A stretch of DNA of 64,000 bases from Clostridia bacterium (GTDB lineage Bacteria; Bacillota; Clostridia; CAKSNL01; HGM11501), in NCBI GenBank assembly GCA_045545475.1, contig JAZQAZ010000023.1, forward strand, positions 64,001 through 128,000, read 5' to 3'. Below the pieces are notes generated by a model. That model did not search any database, was not told the origin of the DNA, and saw only the letters and a list, made by a program, of their open reading frames with translations. Of this stretch, positions 41,784 to 49,783 are shown piece after piece; within the stretch, counting starts at the first letter, position 1, and each line of letters opens with the position of its first letter. A program made the position numbers and the translations under genes.

Positions 41784-42401
41784 ATGGAAAGTAAAGAATT
41801 TAAGGAGCTTAAATCTCCCGGTTATGTAATTTATATTAATTCGGGAGATGCTGATTCTGTATTGGAGCTGCAAAAACAATTAAACAAGTGGGGCTACACC
41901 GACGGACACGGAAGAAAGCTTGCCGAGGACGGCGATTACGGCATAAATACATATAACGCCGTAATAAAATATCAGCGTGACCACGGCTTATACGAGGACG
42001 GGAAAGTCGGGGACAAAACCTGGGAGTCAATGTACCAGACAATAAAAGACGAAGAATTAAACTCCGCTGCAGAGTCCGGAAACACTCACGCTTATTATGC
42101 CGAATCCGAGCTTAACATTGGCGGAATGGATAAATCTACATACCCTAAAACAAGCAGCAAAAAGAAAACCGATGGCTTCAATATCGGAAAAGCCTTCGGT
42201 GCCTTCAGGGATTATACTAAAATGTATGAAGATTTAAATGATAAGGTAGAATCTGACGGCGAGGTGCAGAATGCCCAGGAGCAAGAAGCCGAATCTGCAG
42301 ATAATAATGCTCTTTTAGAGCCGGCTGTTAAAATGCCCACCGAGGAAGAGGCGGAAGAAATGGGAGATATGGCAGCCCAAACATTAGGTTATTATGATTA
42401 A
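41784..42401 (+). CDS. Peptidoglycan-binding-domain protein with low-complexity tail
   Basis: LQKQLNKWGY...DGDYGINTYNAVIKYQRDHGL.EDGKVGDKTW; promoter-like TTGACT-N16-CATAAT at 41689-41716. Confidence 0.8.
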   Translation: MESKEFKELKSPGYVIYINSGDADSVLELQKQLNKWGYTDGHGRKLAEDGDYGINTYNAVIKYQRDHGLYEDGKVGDKTWESMYQTIKDEELNSAAESGNTHAYYAESELNIGGMDKSTYPKTSSKKKTDGFNIGKAFGAFRDYTKMYEDLNDKVESDGEVQNAQEQEAESADNNALLEPAVKMPTEEEAEEMGDMAAQTLGYYD

Positions 42402-42457
42402 AGTTTTGCAAATACACTACTCCTAATGATGTAACTATTTATGGGGAGGGCTCTTCT

Positions 42458-43750
42458 ATGTTGAAGATTTTAGGCATCCACTTTATTGGTGGAATACTGG
42501 CTGTGACTACAAGAGAAATTGCTGTGTTAATTCCCGAAAACATAAAATTGGAATTACATATTGTAACAAGTATTATTATGGCAATATATTTTATATGGGC
42601 AGGATACTTCTTAAGAAACGAAAGCCTTCATAAGACCATCGTGCTGTTGCAAATATTTGTATATTCAGGACATTTTCTGTTTTTTCTCGGTGAATCAGCA
42701 TATAGATTTTTACGTGTTGCCACCGGCGGAAGCGTTGTATGGAATCGTATTCACGAGCAGGTTTTAACACTTGAAAAACTCTCATACACGCTAACATATT
42801 TCCTGACTTTTTTCATTTTCCCTGTGCTTATTATTGCAGGCAGAACTATAGCGGGTAAGCCTCTTAAAATTAACATAAAAAAAGATGTGGGCAATACCCT
42901 TAAAATTCTCCTCTGCACTTTTACGGCAAGCACTGTTTATCCTGTTTCCTCTTTCTTTATGGACCGGTTTGATGAATCGGGCGATATTATTACAGCATAC
43001 ATTTCACTGTTTGCCGTAATCGCAATATTGTTCGTTGGCGGAATTGCCTTAAGAAAGATTGAATGGTCAAAAATCTGTTTTATAATGTTCATCTCTTCCC
43101 TCGTCGGCATCACATTTACAATGTACATAACAAAAAGCCTTGCCAATGCACTTTCCGGCGGAGGAATGGTGATAAATTTATTTTTTGAAACAGTTATCGG
43201 CATAGAAACCAACTATACCGAAATGCCTTTACTTCCGCTGATTTTTGTTCTTGCCGGACACTTTACAGGCAACCGTATCTTAGCTAACACCGCTTTTGAA
43301 AAAAGATCACCCGGAAAACTCAAGCATATATCTCAGGCAGTATTAATGCAGCTTGCAGGAGGTTTAATTGTTTTCTATATGAGAGAGTTGGCTCTAATGA
43401 TAACCTCCGAAAGCATAAGAATGGCAGCCTTTATCGTTATCAGTCTTTTTATGCTCCTTTATTATGTATGGATTGGTCATTTTTTCAAAGGAAAATCCTT
43501 TTATTCGGCTTGTTCTGTAATCCTGATAATGACATTTATCGGATTTTCAACTGAAATATTTACAACCGAAATATACCGATATTCAACCTGCCTTACCGGC
43601 AGCGGTTCTATATGGATTGGCGTTTTGAACAGATTGTTCTCGGGCATAAGATATCATTATCATATCGTAATTTCATTGATGATTTTATGTATGGCTTTCG
43701 GCTATATAATTAGCAACAAGAGAAATAAAGATGCAAAAGAAGGCCGGTAA
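42458..43750 (+). CDS. Polytopic membrane protein with internal repeats
   Basis: About 12 hydrophobic segments; the first and last thirds resemble each other. Confidence 0.7.
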   Translation: MLKILGIHFIGGILAVTTREIAVLIPENIKLELHIVTSIIMAIYFIWAGYFLRNESLHKTIVLLQIFVYSGHFLFFLGESAYRFLRVATGGSVVWNRIHEQVLTLEKLSYTLTYFLTFFIFPVLIIAGRTIAGKPLKINIKKDVGNTLKILLCTFTASTVYPVSSFFMDRFDESGDIITAYISLFAVIAILFVGGIALRKIEWSKICFIMFISSLVGITFTMYITKSLANALSGGGMVINLFFETVIGIETNYTEMPLLPLIFVLAGHFTGNRILANTAFEKRSPGKLKHISQAVLMQLAGGLIVFYMRELALMITSESIRMAAFIVISLFMLLYYVWIGHFFKGKSFYSACSVILIMTFIGFSTEIFTTEIYRYSTCLTGSGSIWIGVLNRLFSGIRYHYHIVISLMILCMAFGYIISNKRNKDAKEGR

Positions 43751-43755
43751 AAACC

Positions 43756-43783
43756 ACACCCCGAAGCAAAAGCTTCGGGGTGT
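43756..43783. terminator. Bidirectional terminator; exact reverse complement of 48100-48127
   Basis: ACACCCCGAAGC-AAAA-GCTTCGGGGTGT. Confidence 0.85.
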
Positions 43784-43789
43784 TTAATT

Positions 43790-44665
43790 TTATTCATCCA
43801 TCAGGCTCGCAAGATACTTTGCGGTTTCTGCTTCAAACTTCAAAAACATTTCGGAAAGATGGAGAGGCATTTTAGAAAAGCCCGTTGCACCCGACTCTAA
43901 AGATAAAACGCCTTTGTAGCCGATTTCCTTAAGTGCATCCATAAATTCATACCACACACACGAACAAAGGAAGGGCACCTGATGGGTGTCGTCCCACGCC
44001 CCTCGGTTGTCGTGAACGTGAAGGCAGAAAAGCTTTTCATTTGCCACCTTCACAGCCTCGGGAAGATTAAGCTTCATTGATAAAACGTGTCCCGTATCAA
44101 GGCAGATTCCCACGTTAGGCATATTAATTTCATCAACAAGCTTTCTTAAGTTTTCCGTTCTTGCAAGGGAGATATTTCGAAATGGCAGGTTTTCTATTGC
44201 CACATTTATTCCGCACTCCTTTGCATAAAGACCAACTTCGGTAAATACCTTTACGTTCATGCTAAAGGCAAAAGCTTCATCCGTTTCCGTGCCCCAGCCC
44301 TCGGGCATTACGGGGTGATAAACAACGGTATCTGCCCCAAGTAAGCTTGCCCCGTCTATGCACTTTTTCATATGCATAACATTTTTCGGGCGGTCTTCTT
44401 CAATTTCGTCGTGTACGGGCCAGGGGCCGTGCACCTGATTTATATGTATTTCCGCTTTTTCCGCAAGGTGTCTTTCTTCCGTGAGAAATTCCTTAAATTC
44501 TTCATCGGAGGCTTCGGCGATTAAAAAGCTTTTATAGTATGCAAGTTGCTGAAAGTCGGATGCACCATAACCTAAAGCCTTCATTTTCTCATAGTCGGTG
44601 TGCCGTCTTTTTCCGTCTTCCCTTTCTTTTTCAAGAAATTCGCTGTTTGTTTTTCCGATTATCAT
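43790..44665 (-). CDS. Sugar phosphate isomerase/epimerase (xylose-isomerase-like TIM barrel)
   Basis: QVHGPW, VYHP, AIENLP, CLDTGH, LHVHDN, SLE. Confidence 0.9.
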   Translation of the reverse strand: MIIGKTNSEFLEKEREDGKRRHTDYEKMKALGYGASDFQQLAYYKSFLIAEASDEEFKEFLTEERHLAEKAEIHINQVHGPWPVHDEIEEDRPKNVMHMKKCIDGASLLGADTVVYHPVMPEGWGTETDEAFAFSMNVKVFTEVGLYAKECGINVAIENLPFRNISLARTENLRKLVDEINMPNVGICLDTGHVLSMKLNLPEAVKVANEKLFCLHVHDNRGAWDDTHQVPFLCSCVWYEFMDALKEIGYKGVLSLESGATGFSKMPLHLSEMFLKFEAETAKYLASLMDE

Positions 44666-44683
44666 GAATTTTCCTCCTTTTGT

Positions 44684-44734
44684 CTTCATTTTAGCATAAG
44701 TGATGCCTTAACACAAGCATTTTTACATAAAAAC
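44684..44734 (-). promoter_or_regulatory. 51-bp direct repeat, copy 1, containing a sigma-A promoter for the epimerase
   Basis: Minus strand TTGTGT-N17-TAAAAT with extended TG; 49/51 identical to 48051-48101. Confidence 0.85.
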
Positions 44735-44855
44735 TTTCTTGATTTGTCGTCGCTATACTGGTAAAATATATGGTATAAATGATATGGTGCTACCTGCTCC
44801 ATCCCCTATTTATTTAATTGCAGATGCACGATAGATGGATTAAGGAGGAATTTTA

Positions 44856-45182
44856 ATGTACGATGCTACAAAAGACCCCAATGCTTTCAAGCCTATAACC
44901 GAAAATCCTATTATTCTGGATTTTACAGGATGTAAACATTGGCACGAAATTCACTTAATCTTAAAAACAAAATTCGGTTTGCCCGATTATTACGGAAAAA
45001 ACTGGGATGCTCTATGGGATTGTTTAAGGGACTTATGGATAAATGATGGATATACAAAAGTAAACATATACGGCTTTATGTCCCTTCCGGAGGATTTAAG
45101 AGAATATTGCAAAGCCATGCTTGAAATTTTTGAAGATGTTCACGAAGAAACACCAAATGTGGTTTTCGAGCTTATTTCTTAA
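44856..45182 (+). CDS. Barstar-family protein (orphan)
   Basis: LKTKFGLPDYYGKNWDALWDCL; no barnase-like partner nearby. Confidence 0.9.
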   Translation: MYDATKDPNAFKPITENPIILDFTGCKHWHEIHLILKTKFGLPDYYGKNWDALWDCLRDLWINDGYTKVNIYGFMSLPEDLREYCKAMLEIFEDVHEETPNVVFELIS

Positions 45183-45188
45183 GACATA

Positions 45189-45216
45189 AAAAGCGGATGC
45201 ATCTGCATCCGCTTTT
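45189..45216. terminator. Terminator hairpin
   Basis: AAAAGCGGATGCA-TC-TGCATCCGCTTTT. Confidence 0.8.
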
Positions 45217-45237
45217 CCTTATTTATCTGGCAAAGTT

Positions 45238-45297
45238 GACAAAAAAGGTACGTCCCCTTTTGTCCTTCTCGTCCCCTTTTGTCCTTCTTCTTTTGTC
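45238..45297. repeat. 27-bp REP-like palindrome plus partial right-arm reiterations
   Basis: GACAAAAAAGGTACGTCCCCTTTTGTC at 45238-45264, followed by GTCCCCTTTTGTC and TTTTGTC. Confidence 0.9.
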
Positions 45298-45303
45298 TGT
45301 GCG

Positions 45304-45813
45304 CTAAATTGTTGAAAATGCCAGCAAGGAAATCAAATCATTATAGTATATCCAGTAAAACATATTAATTTTGATTGATTCAGTCACTTCATCCAAAACT
45401 TTTTGCCTATCGTTATCACCTATGTTAATTATAACTTGTCCAAAACACTTACTTTTCTCTTCCGGTTTATATTCATAATAAGAATAGAAATCCATACCGT
45501 TCTTGAAATAAACAACATCATATTTAGGAATATCAAGCCAATAATCCTCTATAAAAAGCATTTTTGATGTACTGTTTTTTATTTCGAACCTATAAGCAAT
45601 AATTAAAAATTTTTCTGGTTCTTCTAAAATCTTTTGCGTCTTGCTGTTTTTGGGCAACGAGTAACCATAGTAATTCTCATAATCTTGCAGCAATATTTCT
45701 TCACAAGATACACTTATTCTTTTCAATGGATACAACCAAGCTGTAGATATAATTGTCAAACAGACAATCAAAACAAAAATAATCAAACCTAAAACTATTT
45801 TTTTATATTTCAT
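45304..45813 (-). CDS. Membrane-anchored protein, probable immunity protein
   Basis: N-terminal TM; AT-rich; ATG overlaps the stop of an amidase-like gene tail. Confidence 0.65.
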   Translation of the reverse strand: MKYKKIVLGLIIFVLIVCLTIISTAWLYPLKRISVSCEEILLQDYENYYGYSLPKNSKTQKILEEPEKFLIIAYRFEIKNSTSKMLFIEDYWLDIPKYDVVYFKNGMDFYSYYEYKPEEKSKCFGQVIINIGDNDRQKVLDEVTESIKINMFYWIYYNDLISLLAFSTI

Positions 45814-45950
45814 TTTGCATCATCCTTAAGTTTTACTACTATAAGTGAATCATCCTTTAATATATCATCATTTACCGGGGCATTTATTCTATCTTTAGAA
45901 TGGGCAGAATATAGTATTGTCCCATCTTCTGCAAAGCTCACATTATAAAT
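45810..45950 (-). pseudogene. 3' remnant of an Amidase_6-like toxin domain
   Basis: IYNVSFAEDGTILYSAHSKDRINAPVNDDILKDDSLIVVKLKDDAK*; no credible start; ATGA overlap with the next gene. Confidence 0.55.
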
Positions 45951-45980
45951 CTATCAAGGTTTCCAAGTGGCACCTGTTAA

Positions 45981-46073
45981 GACACGAAAACCGTCCTCTG
46001 TCTTTTTAAGTTGACAAAAAAGGTACGTCCCCTTTTGTCTTCGTTACTTTTGTCTTCTTTTATACCCTTTGTC
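45981..46073. repeat. REP-like cluster
   Basis: GACACGAAAACCGTCCTCTGTC (45981-46002), exact 27-mer at 46013-46039, then TTTTGTC and CCCTTTGTC, the latter overlapping the stop codon at 46073. Confidence 0.9.
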
Positions 46074-46639
46074 TATTTGTCTTCGCCTATAATCCAGTTT
46101 CTTTCCCATAAAACGAAATTAAACCTGGTTCCATAGTAAATTTCATCCAAAAGAGCAACTAACAAAGCAATCAGTTGTTTGTCCATTTCATAACATTCTA
46201 CAGTATATGTATATCCTCCCATAACAGACAAGTTTGATCTTTGAGCATTTAATATCAGCTTATCATTCTTTTTTAATGAAAATTTATTTCCGCTATGAAA
46301 ACAAGGTTTGTACTCCTCTTCTCCTATCAATATATTTTTCTTATTTTTACAAAAGCCTGCCAAAGATTTCCCAATTTCAGTATCATTCTGAAAAATCCTG
46401 TATACAGGATAGGAGCGCAACGGATATATAGGCACAATCATCCCCAAGGGAGCCAGAATACATTTTAATAATTTATTTGTCTGTTTGCAACTATATGATA
46501 TTGTTTGATTATTATCTGTGACCTTAAATTTCTTACACAGCATTCCAAATGTATAATTGCTTTTTATCGTGTATTCTTCGCTTCCGACAGTATACACGAT
46601 ACCCTTTACTCCCAATTTCTTTTCTATGACAAACATCAT
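46073..46639 (-). CDS. Hypothetical beta-rich protein (possibly LURP-one/Tubby-C-like)
   Basis: Start MMFVIEKK after AGGAG; AT-rich cassette gene. Confidence 0.55.
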   Translation of the reverse strand: MMFVIEKKLGVKGIVYTVGSEEYTIKSNYTFGMLCKKFKVTDNNQTISYSCKQTNKLLKCILAPLGMIVPIYPLRSYPVYRIFQNDTEIGKSLAGFCKNKKNILIGEEEYKPCFHSGNKFSLKKNDKLILNAQRSNLSVMGGYTYTVECYEMDKQLIALLVALLDEIYYGTRFNFVLWERNWIIGEDK

Positions 46640-46685
46640 AATACTTTTCTCCTGTAATCCGGTTTTTCCGTTAGTAACAAAAGTG

Positions 46686-46710
46686 GACAAAATAAGTGCA
46701 TCCCCAAGTG
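46686..46710. repeat. Degenerate copy of the REP-like repeat
   Basis: GACAAAATAAGTGCATCCCCAAGTG; shares the CCCCAAGTG end with the 59016 variant. Confidence 0.6.
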
Positions 46711-46716
46711 ATCTTC

Positions 46717-47061
46717 TTATTCAGCCAATCCTATGTCAATCACTTTTCCATCCCTTTTTCGAAATTCCACATATATTACGCCACCACTCGTAACCCACAT
46801 GGTTCCTTCCTCTGTACAGCCTGTAGTCTGCACTACATTACGAACTCTCCATGTTTTACCAAGGTCTTCTGCGTCATAGGTAAATCCATAATTAAAGGAG
46901 TCAGGAAAACGTTCTTCCAATAAGGCCATTCCAATTTTCAGTGCTGTTTCTTTGCTATCTATAACATTATATTCTTCTCCATTTTTACTTACTGTAAAAA
47001 TAACAGCTGCAGCAACCACAAATATACTCACTATACATATAATCAACCATCTTTTTTTCAT
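46717..47061 (-). CDS. NTF2-fold immunity-like protein with N-terminal TM
   Basis: VIDSKETALKIG..LLEERF, WRV, GGVIYVEFRKRDGKVI. Confidence 0.7.
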   Translation of the reverse strand: MKKRWLIICIVSIFVVAAAVIFTVSKNGEEYNVIDSKETALKIGMALLEERFPDSFNYGFTYDAEDLGKTWRVRNVVQTTGCTEEGTMWVTSGGVIYVEFRKRDGKVIDIGLAE

Positions 47062-47125
47062 ACAAGCACCTCACTTTCCGCTTTATCAGAAAAAATCACC
47101 TTAATTCTTTCTTCAGTACCATTTT

Positions 47126-47151
47126 AACAAAAAGTTATGTCCCCTTTTGTC
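47126..47151. repeat. Degenerate copy of the REP-like repeat
   Basis: AACAAAAAGTTATGTCCCCTTTTGTC; its end overlaps the stop codon at 47150. Confidence 0.85.
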
Positions 47152-47584
47152 ACTTCATCCCCGTGTACCATTCAGTAACCATTCCTGTCGCTGATGATAC
47201 AGTCACAATAGTAGGACCTCCTATTGTAGGAGACTCAGTTTCCTGTGTTGTACACCAGAGCTTTTCTTTTGAATCATAATAAACAATTATCTTATCAATA
47301 CTATCGTCATTCGGCTGCAACAACCAATAATAATGCCGTTCCACCAGTCTCGCCACTTGTTTAGGCGTTTTAGCTATTTCTCCAACATATTCATCCCATA
47401 TACCACCATATGTATGACAAACTTCTAAGAATTCAGAAGAATCGAATTCTCCTCTTATGTATTCATATCTAAGGCCGGGAATAAGTTCATCTGTTACCCA
47501 ATTCTTATAGTACCATATGCCGCTCCCAAAAGCCAACACCATAACAATAGCTACAATTGTAATAAGCTTAAAATGTTTTTTCAT
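47150..47584 (-). CDS. Membrane-anchored immunity-like protein (NTF2-fold-like C-terminus)
   Basis: N-terminal TM; VYYDSKEKLW...IGGPTIVTVSSATGMV. Confidence 0.6.
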   Translation of the reverse strand: MKKHFKLITIVAIVMVLAFGSGIWYYKNWVTDELIPGLRYEYIRGEFDSSEFLEVCHTYGGIWDEYVGEIAKTPKQVARLVERHYYWLLQPNDDSIDKIIVYYDSKEKLWCTTQETESPTIGGPTIVTVSSATGMVTEWYTGMK

Positions 47585-47653
47585 AAATATCCCTCCTATA
47601 ATTTCGATACTATTTAAGAGCCTACTTTTTCCGGTATCTTTTTATGTTCTGCA

Positions 47654-48031
47654 TCACCTAGTTGCTATAGAACGAAGAAATCTCCCTTGTTTCAAATAAA
47701 CCTCCGAAACATCATAAAGTTTATCATCTATAATTTCGATTTCAATGTTTTCATTTATTTTTGTGCTTATATCATCTGCGCAAAGCATAATATATAGCTT
47801 GTTATTTCGCACCACATATTTGTACCCGGTATAATCACCATACGTACTATTGCCTATAACATAGCCTGAAAATAAAAGCTTATTATCAACAAGTTCCACG
47901 TTATTTATGTGCATTACTCTCGGACTCATAATATATTTATATTCATTATAGGTTTTAATTTTAATAAAGTTTATACATACAATCACAATCAAAATTGCAG
48001 AAATGAACATCAATAATAATTTTCGTTTCAT
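47654..48031 (-). CDS. Membrane-anchored hypothetical/immunity-like protein; first gene of the array
   Basis: N-terminal TM; RBS GAAGGAG directly after the duplicated promoter. Confidence 0.6.
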   Translation of the reverse strand: MKRKLLLMFISAILIVIVCINFIKIKTYNEYKYIMSPRVMHINNVELVDNKLLFSGYVIGNSTYGDYTGYKYVVRNNKLYIMLCADDISTKINENIEIEIIDDKLYDVSEVYLKQGRFLRSIATR

Positions 48032-48050
48032 AAATATCTCCTTCCGTTAA

Positions 48051-48101
48051 CTTCATTTTAGCATAAGTGATGCCTTAATACAAGCATTTTCACATAAAAA
48101 C
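48051..48101 (-). promoter_or_regulatory. 51-bp direct repeat, copy 2, containing a sigma-A promoter facing the cassette array
   Basis: Minus strand TTGTAT(48083-78)-N17-TAAAAT(48060-55) with extended TG. Confidence 0.85.
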
Positions 48102-48127
48102 ACCCCGAAGCTTTTGCTTCGGGGTGT
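48100..48127 (-). terminator. fba terminator
   Basis: ACACCCCGAAGC-TTTT-GCTTCGGGGTGT. Confidence 0.85.
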
Positions 48128-48135
48128 TAAATCAA

Positions 48136-49164
48136 TTAACCAAAAATTGTCTTTCCTGCGCTCTCTAAGTCGTTACAAGCTTCAACAACACGGGAAGCCA
48201 TACCCTCTTCGCCCTTCTTTAAGTAAGAACGGGGATCGTACATCTTCTTGTTACCAACTTCGCCTTCAATCTTAAGCATACCATCGTAGTTTTTGAACAT
48301 ATGGTCAACTACGGGCTTGGAGAAAGCGTACTGTGTATCTGTGTCGATGTTCATCTTGATTACGCCATAGCCAAGAGTTTCCTTGATTTCTTCCTTGGAA
48401 GAACCGGATCCGCCGTGGAATACTAAGAAGAATCCCTTATCAGCGCCGTATTTAGCCTTTAATGCATCCTGTCCGTTTTTAAGGATGGAGGGATTAAGCT
48501 TTACGTTACCGGGCTTATATACGCCGTGAACGTTACCGAAGGTTGCTGCAACGGTGTATGTTCCCTTAATATCCTTAAGAGCATCATAAACCTTTAACAT
48601 ATCTTCGGGAGTTGTGTATAACTTATCGTTAGATACGCCTTCGTTGTTCTGACCGTCTTCTTCGCCGCCTACAACGCCGGTTTCAACTTCCAAAACGATG
48701 TCGTTTGCTGCACAGCGAGCGAAAAGCTCCTTTGCAACAGCGATGTTTTCATCAAGAGTAATGTCGCTTCCGTCGAACATATGGCTGTTGAAAAGATTGG
48801 GACGGCCTTCTGCTCTTCTTCTTTCGGTTTCAGCAATCAAGGGAAGCATAAAGGATTCAAGCTTGCCCTTTGTGCAGTGGTCTGTGTGAAGTGCAACATA
48901 TACGTTGTACTTTTCAGCCATTAATCTAACGTGGTCGGCAAGGCTTATTGCACCAAGTACCTTATCCTTTACGTTAAGACCGGATGCAAACTCAGCTCCG
49001 CCAACGGAAACCTGCACGATACCGTCAGACTTAGCGTCAGCAAGACCCTTAAGTACTGCGTTTGCAGTTTCCATAGAGGAAACGTTTACAGCGGGATATG
49101 CATAGTGATTGTCATATGCCGCTTTCATCATATTCAAATACTGTTCATAATTTACTACAGGCAT
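48136..49164 (-). CDS. fbaA: Class II fructose-bisphosphate aldolase
   Basis: LHTDHC, SHMFDGS, GNVHGVYKPG, VFHGGSG, KMNIDTD. Confidence 0.97.
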   Translation of the reverse strand: MPVVNYEQYLNMMKAAYDNHYAYPAVNVSSMETANAVLKGLADAKSDGIVQVSVGGAEFASGLNVKDKVLGAISLADHVRLMAEKYNVYVALHTDHCTKGKLESFMLPLIAETERRRAEGRPNLFNSHMFDGSDITLDENIAVAKELFARCAANDIVLEVETGVVGGEEDGQNNEGVSNDKLYTTPEDMLKVYDALKDIKGTYTVAATFGNVHGVYKPGNVKLNPSILKNGQDALKAKYGADKGFFLVFHGGSGSSKEEIKETLGYGVIKMNIDTDTQYAFSKPVVDHMFKNYDGMLKIEGEVGNKKMYDPRSYLKKGEEGMASRVVEACNDLESAGKTIFG

Positions 49165-49306
49165 GGTAAAACCTCCAAATAAAAAATTTCGATTAATTAT
49201 AACACAATTTCTAAATTATGTCAATTATTTAACCATATTATTCTTTCATATCTTTTCCCGTTTTCGCATAAAATAACCTCAGAAACTGTGTAAAAGGAGT
49301 CTTTTT

Positions 49307-49783
49307 ATGTGGAAAAAGTATAAACCCTATATAATATCATGTGCTATTGCCTTAGCTGTTGGCGGACTTTCTGCCCTTTTAACCAAAGGAAATATGGACC
49401 TTGCCAAGGATACCGTAATGCCGCCATTATCGCCGCCTGCCTTTTTATTCCCCATAGTCTGGAGCATTTTATACATCCTTATGGGAATTGCCTCAGCAAT
49501 AGTTTATTTAAGAAGGACGGCTCTGCCCAATGAAGCAAGGTGCGCGCTCACGGTTTATGCCGCATCGCTTGTCTTCAACTTTTTCTGGAGCATAATCTTT
49601 TTTAACCTCCGTGCCTTTTTGGCATCCTTTATCTGGCTGATCATTTTGTGGGTTTTAATTATCCTCTGCATAAAAAAGTTTTATCCCTTTTCAAAAACGG
49701 CGTCCTACCTTATGGTTCCCTATCTTTTGTGGGTAACTTTTGCAGGCTATCTTAACCTTATGATTTATATCTTAAACAGATAA
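49307..49783 (+). CDS. tspO: TspO/MBR family protein
   Basis: PPLSPPAFLFPIVWSILY, PYLLWVTFAGYLN. Confidence 0.93.
   Translation: MWKKYKPYIISCAIALAVGGLSALLTKGNMDLAKDTVMPPLSPPAFLFPIVWSILYILMGIASAIVYLRRTALPNEARCALTVYAASLVFNFFWSIIFFNLRAFLASFIWLIILWVLIILCIKKFYPFSKTASYLMVPYLLWVTFAGYLNLMIYILNR

Noticed and set aside
47585-47653. Repeat or gene tail between the first two array genes
   Set aside because: No copy of the palindrome and no ATGA-coupled frame; this junction does not fit the cassette pattern
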